The notes below the pieces were generated by a model that did no database searches, was not told the DNA's origin, and worked only from the letters and a program-made list of their open reading frames with translations. The position numbers were made by a program, and so were the translations under genes. A stretch of 34,215 bases of DNA from Gemmatimonadaceae bacterium (lineage in GTDB: Bacteria > Gemmatimonadota > Gemmatimonadetes > Gemmatimonadales > Gemmatimonadaceae): NCBI GenBank assembly GCA_035512875.1, contig DATKDD010000085.1, forward strand, positions 1 to 34,215. The letters run 5' to 3'. Below, piece after piece: positions 1 to 8,031 of the stretch; position 1 is the stretch's first letter, and the number at the start of each line of letters is the position of its first letter.

Positions 1-126
1 CGCGATTATGCGGCCAAGTACATCGTCGGAATGCCTTACGTTGTCGGCGTCATACTCTCTCCCCAGGCACGGGCGGCGCTCAATCTGGTGCCTGACGATC
101 TGATCGCCGATTCGGAGGCTCCATGA
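1..126 (+). CDS. 3' end of a gene running in from the window edge; probably the partner subunit of the downstream M16 peptidase
   Basis: Frame 1 is open from base 1 to TGA at 124-126. The stop overlaps the next ATG (ATGA at 123-126), suggesting translational coupling. Only 41 codons are visible, so identity is inferred from the usual pairing of M16 genes. Confidence 0.4.
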   Translation, partial: RDYAAKYIVGMPYVVGVILSPQARAALNLVPDDLIADSEAP

Positions 127-1478
127 GCTTTCGTCTGGTGGGATTCGCGACGGCCGCGTTTGCTCTGGCGACCGGCGTGACCGGCGCCGGCGCTCAGGTG
201 CAGCGCATGCTTCCCGGGACATCTCGTGAGGCACCGGACACGGCAACGGTGGATTTCGTGACGGGAGGCGTGCGGGTGATCTTGCGGCGAAACGCCGCCA
301 ACGATGTCGTGGCCGCCAATCTTTACCTGCTGGGCGGCGTCCGACAGGTTACGGACGAGAACGCGGGAGTCGAAGCGTTCGTCCTCGCCGCCTCCGAGCG
401 CGGTACGGCCAGGTTCCCGAAGAACCGCGCCCGCCTGACGGCTGAATCGTTGGGAAGCACCTTCGTCATCGAGCCGACTGAAGACTGGACGATGTTCGGC
501 TTCCGGGCGCTGCGCACGACACTCGACAGCACCTGGGCGTTGTTCGCCGACCGGATCATGTTGCCGACGCTGGACGTAAAGGACGTCGAGCTGATTCGCG
601 CCCAGCTGATGTCCGAGGCCCGCGGGCTTCGTGAGTCGCCCGACGCACTCGTACACCTCCTTGCCGACAGCCTCGCTTTCGCCGGCCATCCCTACGGGCT
701 CTCACCGATAGGCACGGAACGCTCGGTCGCCGGCATGACGAGTGCCGCACTTCGCGCCTATCGTGACTCGCACTTCGTCACATCGCGAATGCTGCTGGTG
801 GTCGTCGGCAACGTGGAACGCGCAGCCATTGAGCGACTGGTCGGCGCCACGCTCGTCAGGTTGCCGCGCGGCTCCTACGAGTGGACCGCACCCGGAGCGC
901 CGCCGGCGCATGATGGAACGCTGACGGTAGTGCAGCGCTCGCTACCGACGAACTATCTCCTTGGCCGGTTCAGCGGCCCGCCCGCTTCGGAGTGGAGCGA
1001 CTATCAGGCATTGCGGGTGGCAATGGCGATTCTGTCCGGACGTTTGTTCAATGAGATCCGGACGCGCCACAACCTCACTTACGCGGTGGACGCGCCGTTC
1101 ACCGACCGGGCCATTTCGTCAGGCGGGATCTACATAACGACCGTGTTCCCCGATTCGGCGCTGACGCTGATTCGCCGGGAGGTGGTACGGCTCCAGACCG
1201 ATCTCGTCGAGCCGTCGTCGCTCGCCAGGCTGGTACAGGGATTCCTCACCGAATATTTCCTGGACAACGAAACGAACGCCGAGCAGGGGGATTTTCTGGC
1301 GCGCGCGGCGCTGTACCGCGGCGATTATTCGGCAGCGGGCGAATTCGTCGAGGAGCTGCGCCGCGTCACACCGGAGGACGTGCGTCGCGTGGCGCGGCAG
1401 TACATCCGGTCGCTACGGTGGGCGTACATCGGTAATCCGGCGCGGATCACGAGCGCCCGGGCGACCGGCCTGGAGTGA
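123..1478 (+). CDS. M16 (pitrilysin/insulinase) family peptidase-like protein, probably a non-catalytic subunit, with signal peptide
   Basis: 451 aa with N-terminal signal-like segment (FATAAFALATGVTGAGA) and two-domain M16 length and layout. At the position of the HXXEH zinc motif the sequence reads GVEAFVLAASERGT, so no His/Glu ligands are present. Confidence 0.8.
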   Translation: MSFRLVGFATAAFALATGVTGAGAQVQRMLPGTSREAPDTATVDFVTGGVRVILRRNAANDVVAANLYLLGGVRQVTDENAGVEAFVLAASERGTARFPKNRARLTAESLGSTFVIEPTEDWTMFGFRALRTTLDSTWALFADRIMLPTLDVKDVELIRAQLMSEARGLRESPDALVHLLADSLAFAGHPYGLSPIGTERSVAGMTSAALRAYRDSHFVTSRMLLVVVGNVERAAIERLVGATLVRLPRGSYEWTAPGAPPAHDGTLTVVQRSLPTNYLLGRFSGPPASEWSDYQALRVAMAILSGRLFNEIRTRHNLTYAVDAPFTDRAISSGGIYITTVFPDSALTLIRREVVRLQTDLVEPSSLARLVQGFLTEYFLDNETNAEQGDFLARAALYRGDYSAAGEFVEELRRVTPEDVRRVARQYIRSLRWAYIGNPARITSARATGLE

Positions 1479-1485
1479 ATCCTAC

Positions 1486-2292
1486 TCAGCCTTCCCCATC
1501 CGTGGATTGGGGTACCGGGTCGTTCACGTCTCGTAAGGCAGGCGCTTCGCTGGGAGCCGGGAGAGGCGCATGATGCGTGGCGAGCGCCCCGTACAACGCC
1601 CCAACTGCGGTGCCGGCGAGCGCCACTCCGCCTATCGGGAGCAGGTCCCATGGCTCGATCAGCGGAATGAGCCACGGGGTAATGGCTCCGAATGCGGCGC
1701 CGAGCACTGCGCCGAGCGCGGCCGAGCTCAGCACCGTTTCATTACCGGCCCAGCGCATCAGGGCCGTGTGCATCACGCTGGCGATGAGCGCCGTGGGAAG
1801 TGCCGCGATGTAGGTTCCAATGAAAGCGAGCAACGCCAGCAGTATGGAAGCGAGCCCATTCCCATCGAGCAGCGCAATTACGAGGTACCCCGCGGCGATG
1901 ACGCCGGCGATCAGCGGCATGACCCTGCGCAACAGCACCAGGGCGCGATCGACATACCCTCTTCCGCGCGCCGGATAGAGCGGCGGCGGGCGGTCGGCGT
2001 CGAGGTAGAGCGCGAGCAACTCCGACACACCGTCCTGAAGCATTGCACGGGCGTGCTCGGGGGTCGTCGGCTCCGAACCCGGCACCTCCACCGGTAGCTC
2101 GATGACGTCGACGAGCTCCCCGTCCCGGTAGAACCAGACCGACGCAGCCGATTCCCGCATCCCGGCGACGTCCGAGCGGTCGGTTATGCCACGGTAGTCT
2201 GCCCGTAGGCGGATGCGCGCGAGCGGCTCCTCATAACGTGTCAGCACTTCCAGCGCCGCCGCGTCGATCCCGGACACCAGATCCGATCCCAT
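1486..2292 (-). CDS. hypothetical membrane protein (soluble N-terminal ~115 aa plus about 4 C-terminal TM helices)
   Basis: 268-aa ORF fills the gap between flanking genes. The C-terminal half is hydrophobic and Ala/Gly/Leu-rich (e.g. LIAGVIAAGYLVIALL). I recognise no family. Confidence 0.55.
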   Translation of the reverse strand: MGSDLVSGIDAAALEVLTRYEEPLARIRLRADYRGITDRSDVAGMRESAASVWFYRDGELVDVIELPVEVPGSEPTTPEHARAMLQDGVSELLALYLDADRPPPLYPARGRGYVDRALVLLRRVMPLIAGVIAAGYLVIALLDGNGLASILLALLAFIGTYIAALPTALIASVMHTALMRWAGNETVLSSAALGAVLGAAFGAITPWLIPLIEPWDLLPIGGVALAGTAVGALYGALATHHAPLPAPSEAPALRDVNDPVPQSTDGEG

Positions 2293-2319
2293 GGCGAATC
2301 ATAGCGGTGGGGGCGAGAG

Positions 2320-2425
2320 GGTAAAGCGGGAATCGGGAAACGGGAACCGCGACGGGACGGGGCTCCGGCCCACCTCTAGCAGCGCTTTTCCCGATTTCCC
2401 ATTTCCTGTTTCCCTTTTCCCGCTC
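2320..2425. repeat. imperfect palindrome built from GGGAAWN units (G-rich arm, then C-rich arm)
   Basis: Left arm AGCGGGAATCGGGAAACGGGAA (2325-2346). Right arm TTCCTGTTTCCCTTTTCCCGCT (2403-2424), whose reverse complement matches the left arm at 19 of 22 positions. It lies just downstream of the pntB stop and upstream of the 1486-2292 gene. Confidence 0.75.
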
Positions 2426-2439
2426 AGCTGCTTCTCGAA

Positions 2440-3834
2440 TCACACGGCCTTAACCTCGCCTACCAGCTTCGTTATCGAGGACTTTGCATCGCCGAACAGC
2501 ATCGAGGTCTTTGGATTGTAGAACAGGTCGTTCTCGATACCGGCGAAGCCCGGATTCATGCTGCGCTTGAGGACGATGATGCTCTTCGCGTGATCCACGT
2601 TCAGAATCGGCATGCCATAAATCGGGCTCGCGGGATCGGTACGTGCAGCGGGGTTCACCACGTCGTTCGCGCCGATTACGAGCGCGACGTCGGCTCGGTC
2701 GAATTCCGGATTGATGTCATCCATGTCGTACAACTTGTCGTACGGCACATTGGATTCGGCAAGCAGCACGTTCATGTGTCCCGGCATGCGGCCGGCAACC
2801 GGATGAATGGCGTACTTCACCTCTCCACCTCGCTTCTCGATCTGCTCGGCCAGCTCCCGCACGGCGTGCTGCGCCTGCGCCACCGCCATTCCGTAGCCGG
2901 GGACGACGATCACCGAGCGCGCATAGGCCAGTTGAAGCGCGGCGTCTTCGGGGGTGATCGATTTGACCGTGAGCCCTTCGCCGGTGCGCCCGGACGCCAC
3001 CGCGGAGACGCTCCCGAAGGCGCCGAATAGCACGTTGGTCAACGAGCGGTTCATCGCCTTGCACATCAGCTGGCTCAGGATGATGCCTGACGATCCTACC
3101 ATCGCGCCTGCGATCATCAGCACGTGGTTGTTGATCACGAACCCCGTCATTGCCGCGGCGATCCCGGAATAGGAGTTCAACAGCGCGATCACCACCGGCA
3201 TGTCGGCGCCGCCGATCGGCAGCACCAGGAACACGCCAAGCAGCAAGGATATGCCGATCACCACGTAAAAGGGCCACAGCAGTGCCTCGGCCGTCACCAG
3301 CTGGTACGCGCTCAGCGCCAGCACCACCAGTAACGCCAGCGCGTTCACGACCTGAAGCCCTGGAAAGGTGACCGGGCGGCCAGTGACCAACTCCTGCAGC
3401 TTGCCGAAGGCGATCAAACTACCGGTCAGCGTGACTGCTCCGATGAGGACCGCCAGCTGGATCGCGATGCCGTTCATCAACGGCACGTTGCTGCCGACGA
3501 GCTCCGACCGCAGAAACTCGGCGCCGCCGACAAGGAGCGATGCGCCACCACCGAAGCCGTTGAGCAGCGCCACCATTTGCGGCATGGCAGTCATCTTCAC
3601 CGTGCGCGCCATCCAGATGCCTAGCGCCGTACCGACGATGATGCCGGCGATGATGACCTGGTACGAGACGATCTGCCGGTCGAACAAGGTGATGGTGATC
3701 GCGATAAGCATCCCGATCCCCGACAAGCGATTCCCCTGCCGCGCGGTCGCCGGACTGTTCAGCTTCTTGAGGCCGAGGATGAAGAGGACGGCGGCGAGCA
3801 GATAGCTCAGCTCGACCAGGGCGTGAGGTATCAT
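2440..3834 (-). CDS. pntB: NAD(P) transhydrogenase subunit beta
   Basis: 464 aa. Multi-TM N-terminal part plus C-terminal NADP(H) domain with GYGMAVAQAQH and typical PntB N-terminus (LSYLLAAVLFILGLK). 4-bp ATGA overlap with pntAB. Confidence 0.95.
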   Translation of the reverse strand: MIPHALVELSYLLAAVLFILGLKKLNSPATARQGNRLSGIGMLIAITITLFDRQIVSYQVIIAGIIVGTALGIWMARTVKMTAMPQMVALLNGFGGGASLLVGGAEFLRSELVGSNVPLMNGIAIQLAVLIGAVTLTGSLIAFGKLQELVTGRPVTFPGLQVVNALALLVVLALSAYQLVTAEALLWPFYVVIGISLLLGVFLVLPIGGADMPVVIALLNSYSGIAAAMTGFVINNHVLMIAGAMVGSSGIILSQLMCKAMNRSLTNVLFGAFGSVSAVASGRTGEGLTVKSITPEDAALQLAYARSVIVVPGYGMAVAQAQHAVRELAEQIEKRGGEVKYAIHPVAGRMPGHMNVLLAESNVPYDKLYDMDDINPEFDRADVALVIGANDVVNPAARTDPASPIYGMPILNVDHAKSIIVLKRSMNPGFAGIENDLFYNPKTSMLFGDAKSSITKLVGEVKAV

Positions 3835-4106
3835 GCTTCCTTGTCCCGCTTGAACATCTCGAGCATTCGGTCAGTAACCACGTATCCACCGGCCACGTTG
3901 AACATGGCGAAGACGATCGCCATAAAGCCGATTACGGTGGAGATCCAACCATGTCCCCCGCCGGCGACGACCAGCGCGCCCACGATCGTAATGCCGCTGA
4001 TGGCATTCGCGCCGGACATGAGTGGCGTGTGCAGGGTTGGCGGCACCCGGTGGATCAACTCGAATCCGAGAAAGGTGGCGAGGGTGAAGATGACGATGTT
4101 GATCAT
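3831..4106 (-). CDS. pntAB: NAD(P) transhydrogenase subunit alpha part 2 (membrane part)
   Basis: 91 aa, three hydrophobic helices, typical PntA2 sequence (HTPLMSGANAISGI). Sits between pntAA and pntB. Confidence 0.9.
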   Translation of the reverse strand: MINIVIFTLATFLGFELIHRVPPTLHTPLMSGANAISGITIVGALVVAGGGHGWISTVIGFMAIVFAMFNVAGGYVVTDRMLEMFKRDKEA

Positions 4107-4118
4107 GGGCAGGCTGAG

Positions 4119-4146
4119 CCGGAAACCGGGAAATGGGAATCAGGAA
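4119..4146. repeat. half-element of the same GGGAAWN repeat family, with no inverted partner
   Basis: CCGGAAACCGGGAAATGGGAATCAGGAA fills most of the 33-bp pntAA-pntAB spacer and overlaps the pntAA stop codon. Confidence 0.4.
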
Positions 4147-5234
4147 CTCGGGGCGGACAGCAGCATGGCGCTGACGATTTCGTCCTGCTCGTCAAGCGCG
4201 AGCGCGCCCTCGGGCGCCAGGTGCTTGATGAGCGTCTCCAGGTTGCGGGAGAACATCTGGCTCGCGTGAAGCGGCACTGTCGACGGCAGATTCGTCGGTC
4301 CGAGGATCGTCACTCCGTTCACGGCGACCGTCTCGTCAGGTTCGGTCAGCTCGCAGTTGCCGCCCGCCTCGGCGGCGATATCGACGATCACCGAGCCCGG
4401 TCGCATCGAATGAACCATCTCGCCGGTGATCAGCCGGGGCGCCGGCCGCCCGGGAATGAGCGCCGTCGTTATGACGAGATCCTGGTCGGCGATGTGCTTG
4501 CCGATCGTCGCCAGCGTGCGGGAGTGCTCGTCCTCGGTCTGCTGCCGCGCGTAGCCGCCGGCGGTCTCGGCACTCTGCGCCACCGCCTCCGAGCTGACGA
4601 ACGAGGCGCCAAGGCTCTGCACCTGTTCGGCGGCGGCGGGCCGAATGTCGAACGCGGACACGATCGCCCCCAGTCGCCGGGTGGTGGCGATCGCCTGCAG
4701 TCCGGCGACGCCCGCGCCGAGCACGAACGCACGGGCCGGAGCGATCGTACCGGCGGCGGTCGTCAGCATCGGCAGGAATTTCACCAACTGCGCCGCCCCG
4801 ATGAGCGCGGCCTTGTAGCCGGCGACCGTGCTCTGCGACGAGAGCACGTCCATTGACTGCGCCTTCGTTATGCGCGGAACCTTCTCCAGCGACAGCGCCT
4901 TGACGGAGCGCTCTCGCAGGGCGACGCTCAGATCGCCCGCCGTCGCCGGCTGCAGGAGCGCGACCAGCAGGCTTCCTTCCTTCAGCAGCGCAACCTGCTC
5001 CATTGACGGTCGGCGAACCGCAAGCACCAGTTCAGCATCGGCGGCGCTCGCAGCATCCGGGACGATGGTGGCGCCGGCAGCGGCGTACTTCTCGTCGGGG
5101 AATCCGGCCGCGATGCCCGCCGCGCTTTCGACCCGGATCTCGTGACCAGCTTTCGCTAGGCGCGCGACACCGTCGGGAATCAGCGCGACGCGACGCTCTC
5201 CCGCCGCCCGTTCGCGCAGTACGCCAATGCGCAT
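4140..5234 (-). CDS. pntAA: NAD(P) transhydrogenase subunit alpha part 1 (alanine-dehydrogenase-like dI domain)
   Basis: 364 aa with Rossmann motif VLGAGVAGLQAI. AGGAGG lies 9 nt upstream of the ATG on the minus strand. Confidence 0.92.
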   Translation of the reverse strand: MRIGVLRERAAGERRVALIPDGVARLAKAGHEIRVESAAGIAAGFPDEKYAAAGATIVPDAASAADAELVLAVRRPSMEQVALLKEGSLLVALLQPATAGDLSVALRERSVKALSLEKVPRITKAQSMDVLSSQSTVAGYKAALIGAAQLVKFLPMLTTAAGTIAPARAFVLGAGVAGLQAIATTRRLGAIVSAFDIRPAAAEQVQSLGASFVSSEAVAQSAETAGGYARQQTEDEHSRTLATIGKHIADQDLVITTALIPGRPAPRLITGEMVHSMRPGSVIVDIAAEAGGNCELTEPDETVAVNGVTILGPTNLPSTVPLHASQMFSRNLETLIKHLAPEGALALDEQDEIVSAMLLSAPSS

Positions 5235-5502
5235 CAGCTCCGCCTCCTGGCGCGTTCCACGCGCACCTTGTTTCGAACCATCGCACCTTCGACTCGGAAA
5301 AGTCGTCGCTACGGTACACCGTCACCGCGCCGCTCACAAGGTTGGCCGCGCTTCGATTGCCACACGCCGTCATCATTGTCAACATGCACGAATTGCCGTG
5401 CAAGGCGGCGTCCGGCCCTATCGCCGCGACACGACGGCACCGATCTTCTACATGCCGGTCCCGAGCAGTTGTTAGCGCCCTTTCCCTTGCGACCGCCGCT
5501 CT

Positions 5503-6375
5503 ATGATCGCTCGCATCTGGTTCGGAATTGTGCTCGTACTCGCATCTTTCGTCTCTCGAGGTGCGGCGCAGGAACGCGTGGTGCAGCGCCATGGTTTTTC
5601 CGATGGAGAGGGAAGGCTGATGGCGTTCTACTCCGCGGGGCTCACGTTCTCGCCGGTTGCCGCCCCGCGCGAGCGCGCGCGCGGCGATCTCGCGCTCGGC
5701 CTGGAGCTGGGCTACCTGCCGCCGCTTTCAACCGAGCAGCGCCGTGTCGGTGACAAGCCCGAAGCGACCAATCTCGCGCCGATCTTTCCGCGCCCGCGCA
5801 TCTCCTACGCACTCACCGACCGCGTAACTGTAGAGGCGAGCTGGATCCCACCGATCGAGTTCTTCGACGTGAAGGCCAACCTGGCCAGCCTCGCCCTCTC
5901 GTGGACCGCACCTGCCAGCGGGGCGCTGCGATTCACCCCGCGCCTCGCCGGCACCCTCGGTTCGATTGAAGGGGCAATCACGTGCTCCGAAGAGCTTTTG
6001 AGCGGCTCGATCGATCTGGCCGTGTATTACGCGCTGGTTTGCTACGGCAGGGAGAGCCGCGATGAGTTCTTTCCGCGGCACATACTTGCGGAAGTGACGG
6101 TCGGATGGGATCGCGCGAACGCGGCCGTGGAACCGTATGCGGGGATCGGCGCCCGCCGCGACTGGGCACGGTTCGACATCGGTGTGATACGCGCCGATGG
6201 GTCGCGCGAGCCCGATCACCCGATTCTCGAGCTGCGCGCCCTTCGTCCGTACGGCGTGCTGGGCGCCACGGTTCGCGCGGCAGCACGCGTACGCGCAACG
6301 GCCGAGATGCTCTATGCGCCGGGAAGCATTCTCACACTTCGCCTTCAGGGGACGATCGATGCGATCAGGCGTTAG
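5503..6375 (+). CDS. secreted hypothetical protein, possibly an outer-membrane beta-barrel
   Basis: 290 aa with N-terminal signal peptide (IWFGIVLVLASFVSRGAAQ). It shows alternating hydrophobic beta-like segments. No family recognised. Confidence 0.55.
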   Translation: MIARIWFGIVLVLASFVSRGAAQERVVQRHGFSDGEGRLMAFYSAGLTFSPVAAPRERARGDLALGLELGYLPPLSTEQRRVGDKPEATNLAPIFPRPRISYALTDRVTVEASWIPPIEFFDVKANLASLALSWTAPASGALRFTPRLAGTLGSIEGAITCSEELLSGSIDLAVYYALVCYGRESRDEFFPRHILAEVTVGWDRANAAVEPYAGIGARRDWARFDIGVIRADGSREPDHPILELRALRPYGVLGATVRAAARVRATAEMLYAPGSILTLRLQGTIDAIRR

Positions 6376-6811
6376 GGGTGGGCTCGCGGCGGCCACCCTC
6401 TGCGCTGCCGTGGGCTCGTGCGCCGACTTTTCGGGGACCGAGGATCCCGCGTTCGGACTCCCCGATGTGGTAGTGGCTCAGCCTTCGTTCGCCGCGGACG
6501 TGCAACCGATCCTCAAAATGCGGTGTGCAGTGGGTGGCTGTCACACCCTCGCCTCAGAGCAAGGGGGGCTGGCGCTCGATGCGACTGTGTCGTACGATGA
6601 GTTGGTGGGCGTGCCAGCGACTTCGAGCGCCAATGCGTACCTACGTGTAGCGCCCGGGAACGCGGCGGATTCCTGGCTCATTCGGCGCGTCCGCGCCGAT
6701 CCCGCACTGCGAAACGGTCTAACACGGATGCCGCTCGCCACGCTCCCGCTTACCTCCAACCAGATCAGTACCATCGTGAACTGGATAGATCAGGGGGCGC
6801 CGCGAAACTAG
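6359..6811 (+). CDS. lipoprotein with Planctomycete-cytochrome-c-like (PSCyt1-type) domain
   Basis: I start it at the internal ATG 6359 (MRSGVRGGLAAATLCAAVGSC, lipobox-like). The longer ORF from 6197 would overlap the upstream gene. The domain pattern F..DVQPIL..RC....CH ... GGL.L ... S.L ... MP ... L....I..I..WI..GA matches PSCyt1 as I remember it. Confidence 0.6.
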   Translation: MRSGVRGGLAAATLCAAVGSCADFSGTEDPAFGLPDVVVAQPSFAADVQPILKMRCAVGGCHTLASEQGGLALDATVSYDELVGVPATSSANAYLRVAPGNAADSWLIRRVRADPALRNGLTRMPLATLPLTSNQISTIVNWIDQGAPRN

Positions 6812-6867
6812 AACGCCTGTGACCGGCGGCACAGTCCGCCCGGGCCCCGCACTGCATCATTAATCAG

Positions 6868-6889
6868 CCGGTGTGCACGCGCACACCGG
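6868..6889 (+). other. GC-rich stem-loop, possible terminator or attenuator
   Basis: CCGGTGTGC-ACGC-GCACACCGG, a 9-bp perfect stem with 4-nt loop, 57 nt after the 6811 stop. No U-tract follows. Confidence 0.3.
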
Positions 6890-6909
6890 TCGGCGTCTCC
6901 GGGAGGGGA

Positions 6910-7326
6910 ATGCACATCGTCTGTATTGCACGACACCCAATGCTGAGCGAGCACATCGCTGCGCTCTGCGTTTCGGCCGGGGGCGTCGGAAACCCCGCGG
7001 TGGGAGCCGACGAAGGGATGCGCCTTGCGCGAGCGGTGCGGCCGGACGCTGTGCTCTGCGAAGTGGATCTGCTCGTTCCGGAGACGATGCGCACCTGGGA
7101 ATCCGATCTCCAGCTGGGCGGCATTCCATTGCTTGCGGTCAGCTTGACCAGACGGCAGAACGAGGTGCCGATGCTCGCCGGTGCCCCTGTATCGGGATAC
7201 CTGTACCTGCCCACGCTCGCCGACAACGACTTGCGCCGCGCGCTTTCCGCCGCCACTCGTGCCACCCCGTCGCCTTCGGATGCCTATCGGTGGAGCAGGA
7301 CCGAGGAGCATTCACCGGTCGCCTGA
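6910..7326 (+). CDS. stand-alone CheY-like receiver-domain protein with degenerate active site
   Basis: Start chosen at ATG 6910 because GGGAGGGG lies directly upstream and the hairpin above sits inside the longer ORF. A (beta-alpha)5-like pattern is visible: HIVCIA / AVLCEVDLLVP / IPLLAVS / GYLYLP. By hand alignment to CheY the phospho-acceptor Asp and the Ser/Thr are kept. The DD pair (here AR) and the conserved Lys (here L) are missing. Confidence 0.5.
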   Translation: MHIVCIARHPMLSEHIAALCVSAGGVGNPAVGADEGMRLARAVRPDAVLCEVDLLVPETMRTWESDLQLGGIPLLAVSLTRRQNEVPMLAGAPVSGYLYLPTLADNDLRRALSAATRATPSPSDAYRWSRTEEHSPVA

Positions 7327-7328
7327 CG

Positions 7329-7853
7329 ATGATCAGGCACCGCCCGCTGGCCGCCGCGCTTTTGTGCGCCGCCGCCGCGTGCGGAGAGGATCCCGCCCCG
7401 GCTTCGGACAGCGCCACCGCTCATTCCGAGAGCCGCACGGCGACACTCGATATGGATTCGGTTGCCGCTGTGCAGCGTGCCGAGAGCCTCGCGGTGGCGC
7501 AGGATGCATGGAACCGGAGCGAGGTGACGAGCCGGCTCGAGGCGGCGGGGCTGGTAGTCCGCGACCTGGGTCGAGAGGTGCGGGCGCCGGGATTCAGCGT
7601 CCCCGGCGTCACACTTTCAGTGAGCGGCGGCGAGATCGTCGTTTTTCTGTACGAAAGCGCCGTGTCGCGATCGGCCGATACTTCGGCTCTCGATTCCGCC
7701 TCTGCCGCTCCGCCCGGCACCGCGGCATCGTGGCCCGATCGTCCGCGACTCATCACGTCCGGCAATCTGGCTGCATTACTCTTCACCGATCGTGAGCAGC
7801 TGGCCGAGCGCGTGCGCAACGTGTTGACCGCGCGACACGTGGGCGGGGGATGA
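7329..7853 (+). CDS. hypothetical lipoprotein
   Basis: Internal ATG 7329 gives MIRHRPLAAALLCAAAAC (signal plus lipobox), 2 nt after the upstream stop. No family recognised. Confidence 0.6.
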   Translation: MIRHRPLAAALLCAAAACGEDPAPASDSATAHSESRTATLDMDSVAAVQRAESLAVAQDAWNRSEVTSRLEAAGLVVRDLGREVRAPGFSVPGVTLSVSGGEIVVFLYESAVSRSADTSALDSASAAPPGTAASWPDRPRLITSGNLAALLFTDREQLAERVRNVLTARHVGGG

Positions 7854-7858
7854 GATGC

Positions 7859-8024
7859 GGGACGAGGGAAGCGCGACGCGCGACGCGGGACGAGGGACGA
7901 GGGAAGCGCGATGCGGGCTGCGCGATGCGCGATGCGGGCGAATCGGTGAGGTGAATGTCCTTCGCTTCCCGCCTCCTGCGTCGCGTTCCCTCGTCGCGCG
8001 TCGCGCTTCCCTCGTCCCTCGTCC
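7859..8024. repeat. long palindromic element built from GGGACGA / GCGCGAYG units
   Basis: 27-bp perfect inverted repeat: 7859-7885 GGGACGAGGGAAGCGCGACGCGCGACG pairs with 7992-8018, separated by 106 nt. The spacer is itself made of the same tandem units. It lies between convergent genes. Confidence 0.85.
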
Positions 8025-8031
8025 TGGATGC

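Noticed and set aside
36-689. 217-aa minus-strand ORF opposite the start of the M16 gene
   Set aside because: Arg/Ala/Gly-rich, low-complexity translation typical of antisense frames in high-GC DNA. It is fully overlapped by a gene with recognisable M16 features.
5235-5502. Sigma-70-like TTGACA on the minus strand (complement of 5377-5382) in the pntAA / 5503 divergent spacer
   Set aside because: No acceptable -10 hexamer lies at 16-18 nt (the sequence there is CAATCG). A single hexamer match is not evidence.
6197-6358. N-terminal ORF extensions. This one is the example; the others are 6871-6909, 6873-7328, 10436-10489, 13221-13388, 15692-15937, 17919-18086, 27523-27603 and 31248-31412.
   Set aside because: Each extension overlaps the preceding gene or a structured spacer and is Arg-rich. 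The internal starts give signal peptides or lipoboxes, 4-bp stop/start overlaps, or family-typical N-termini.
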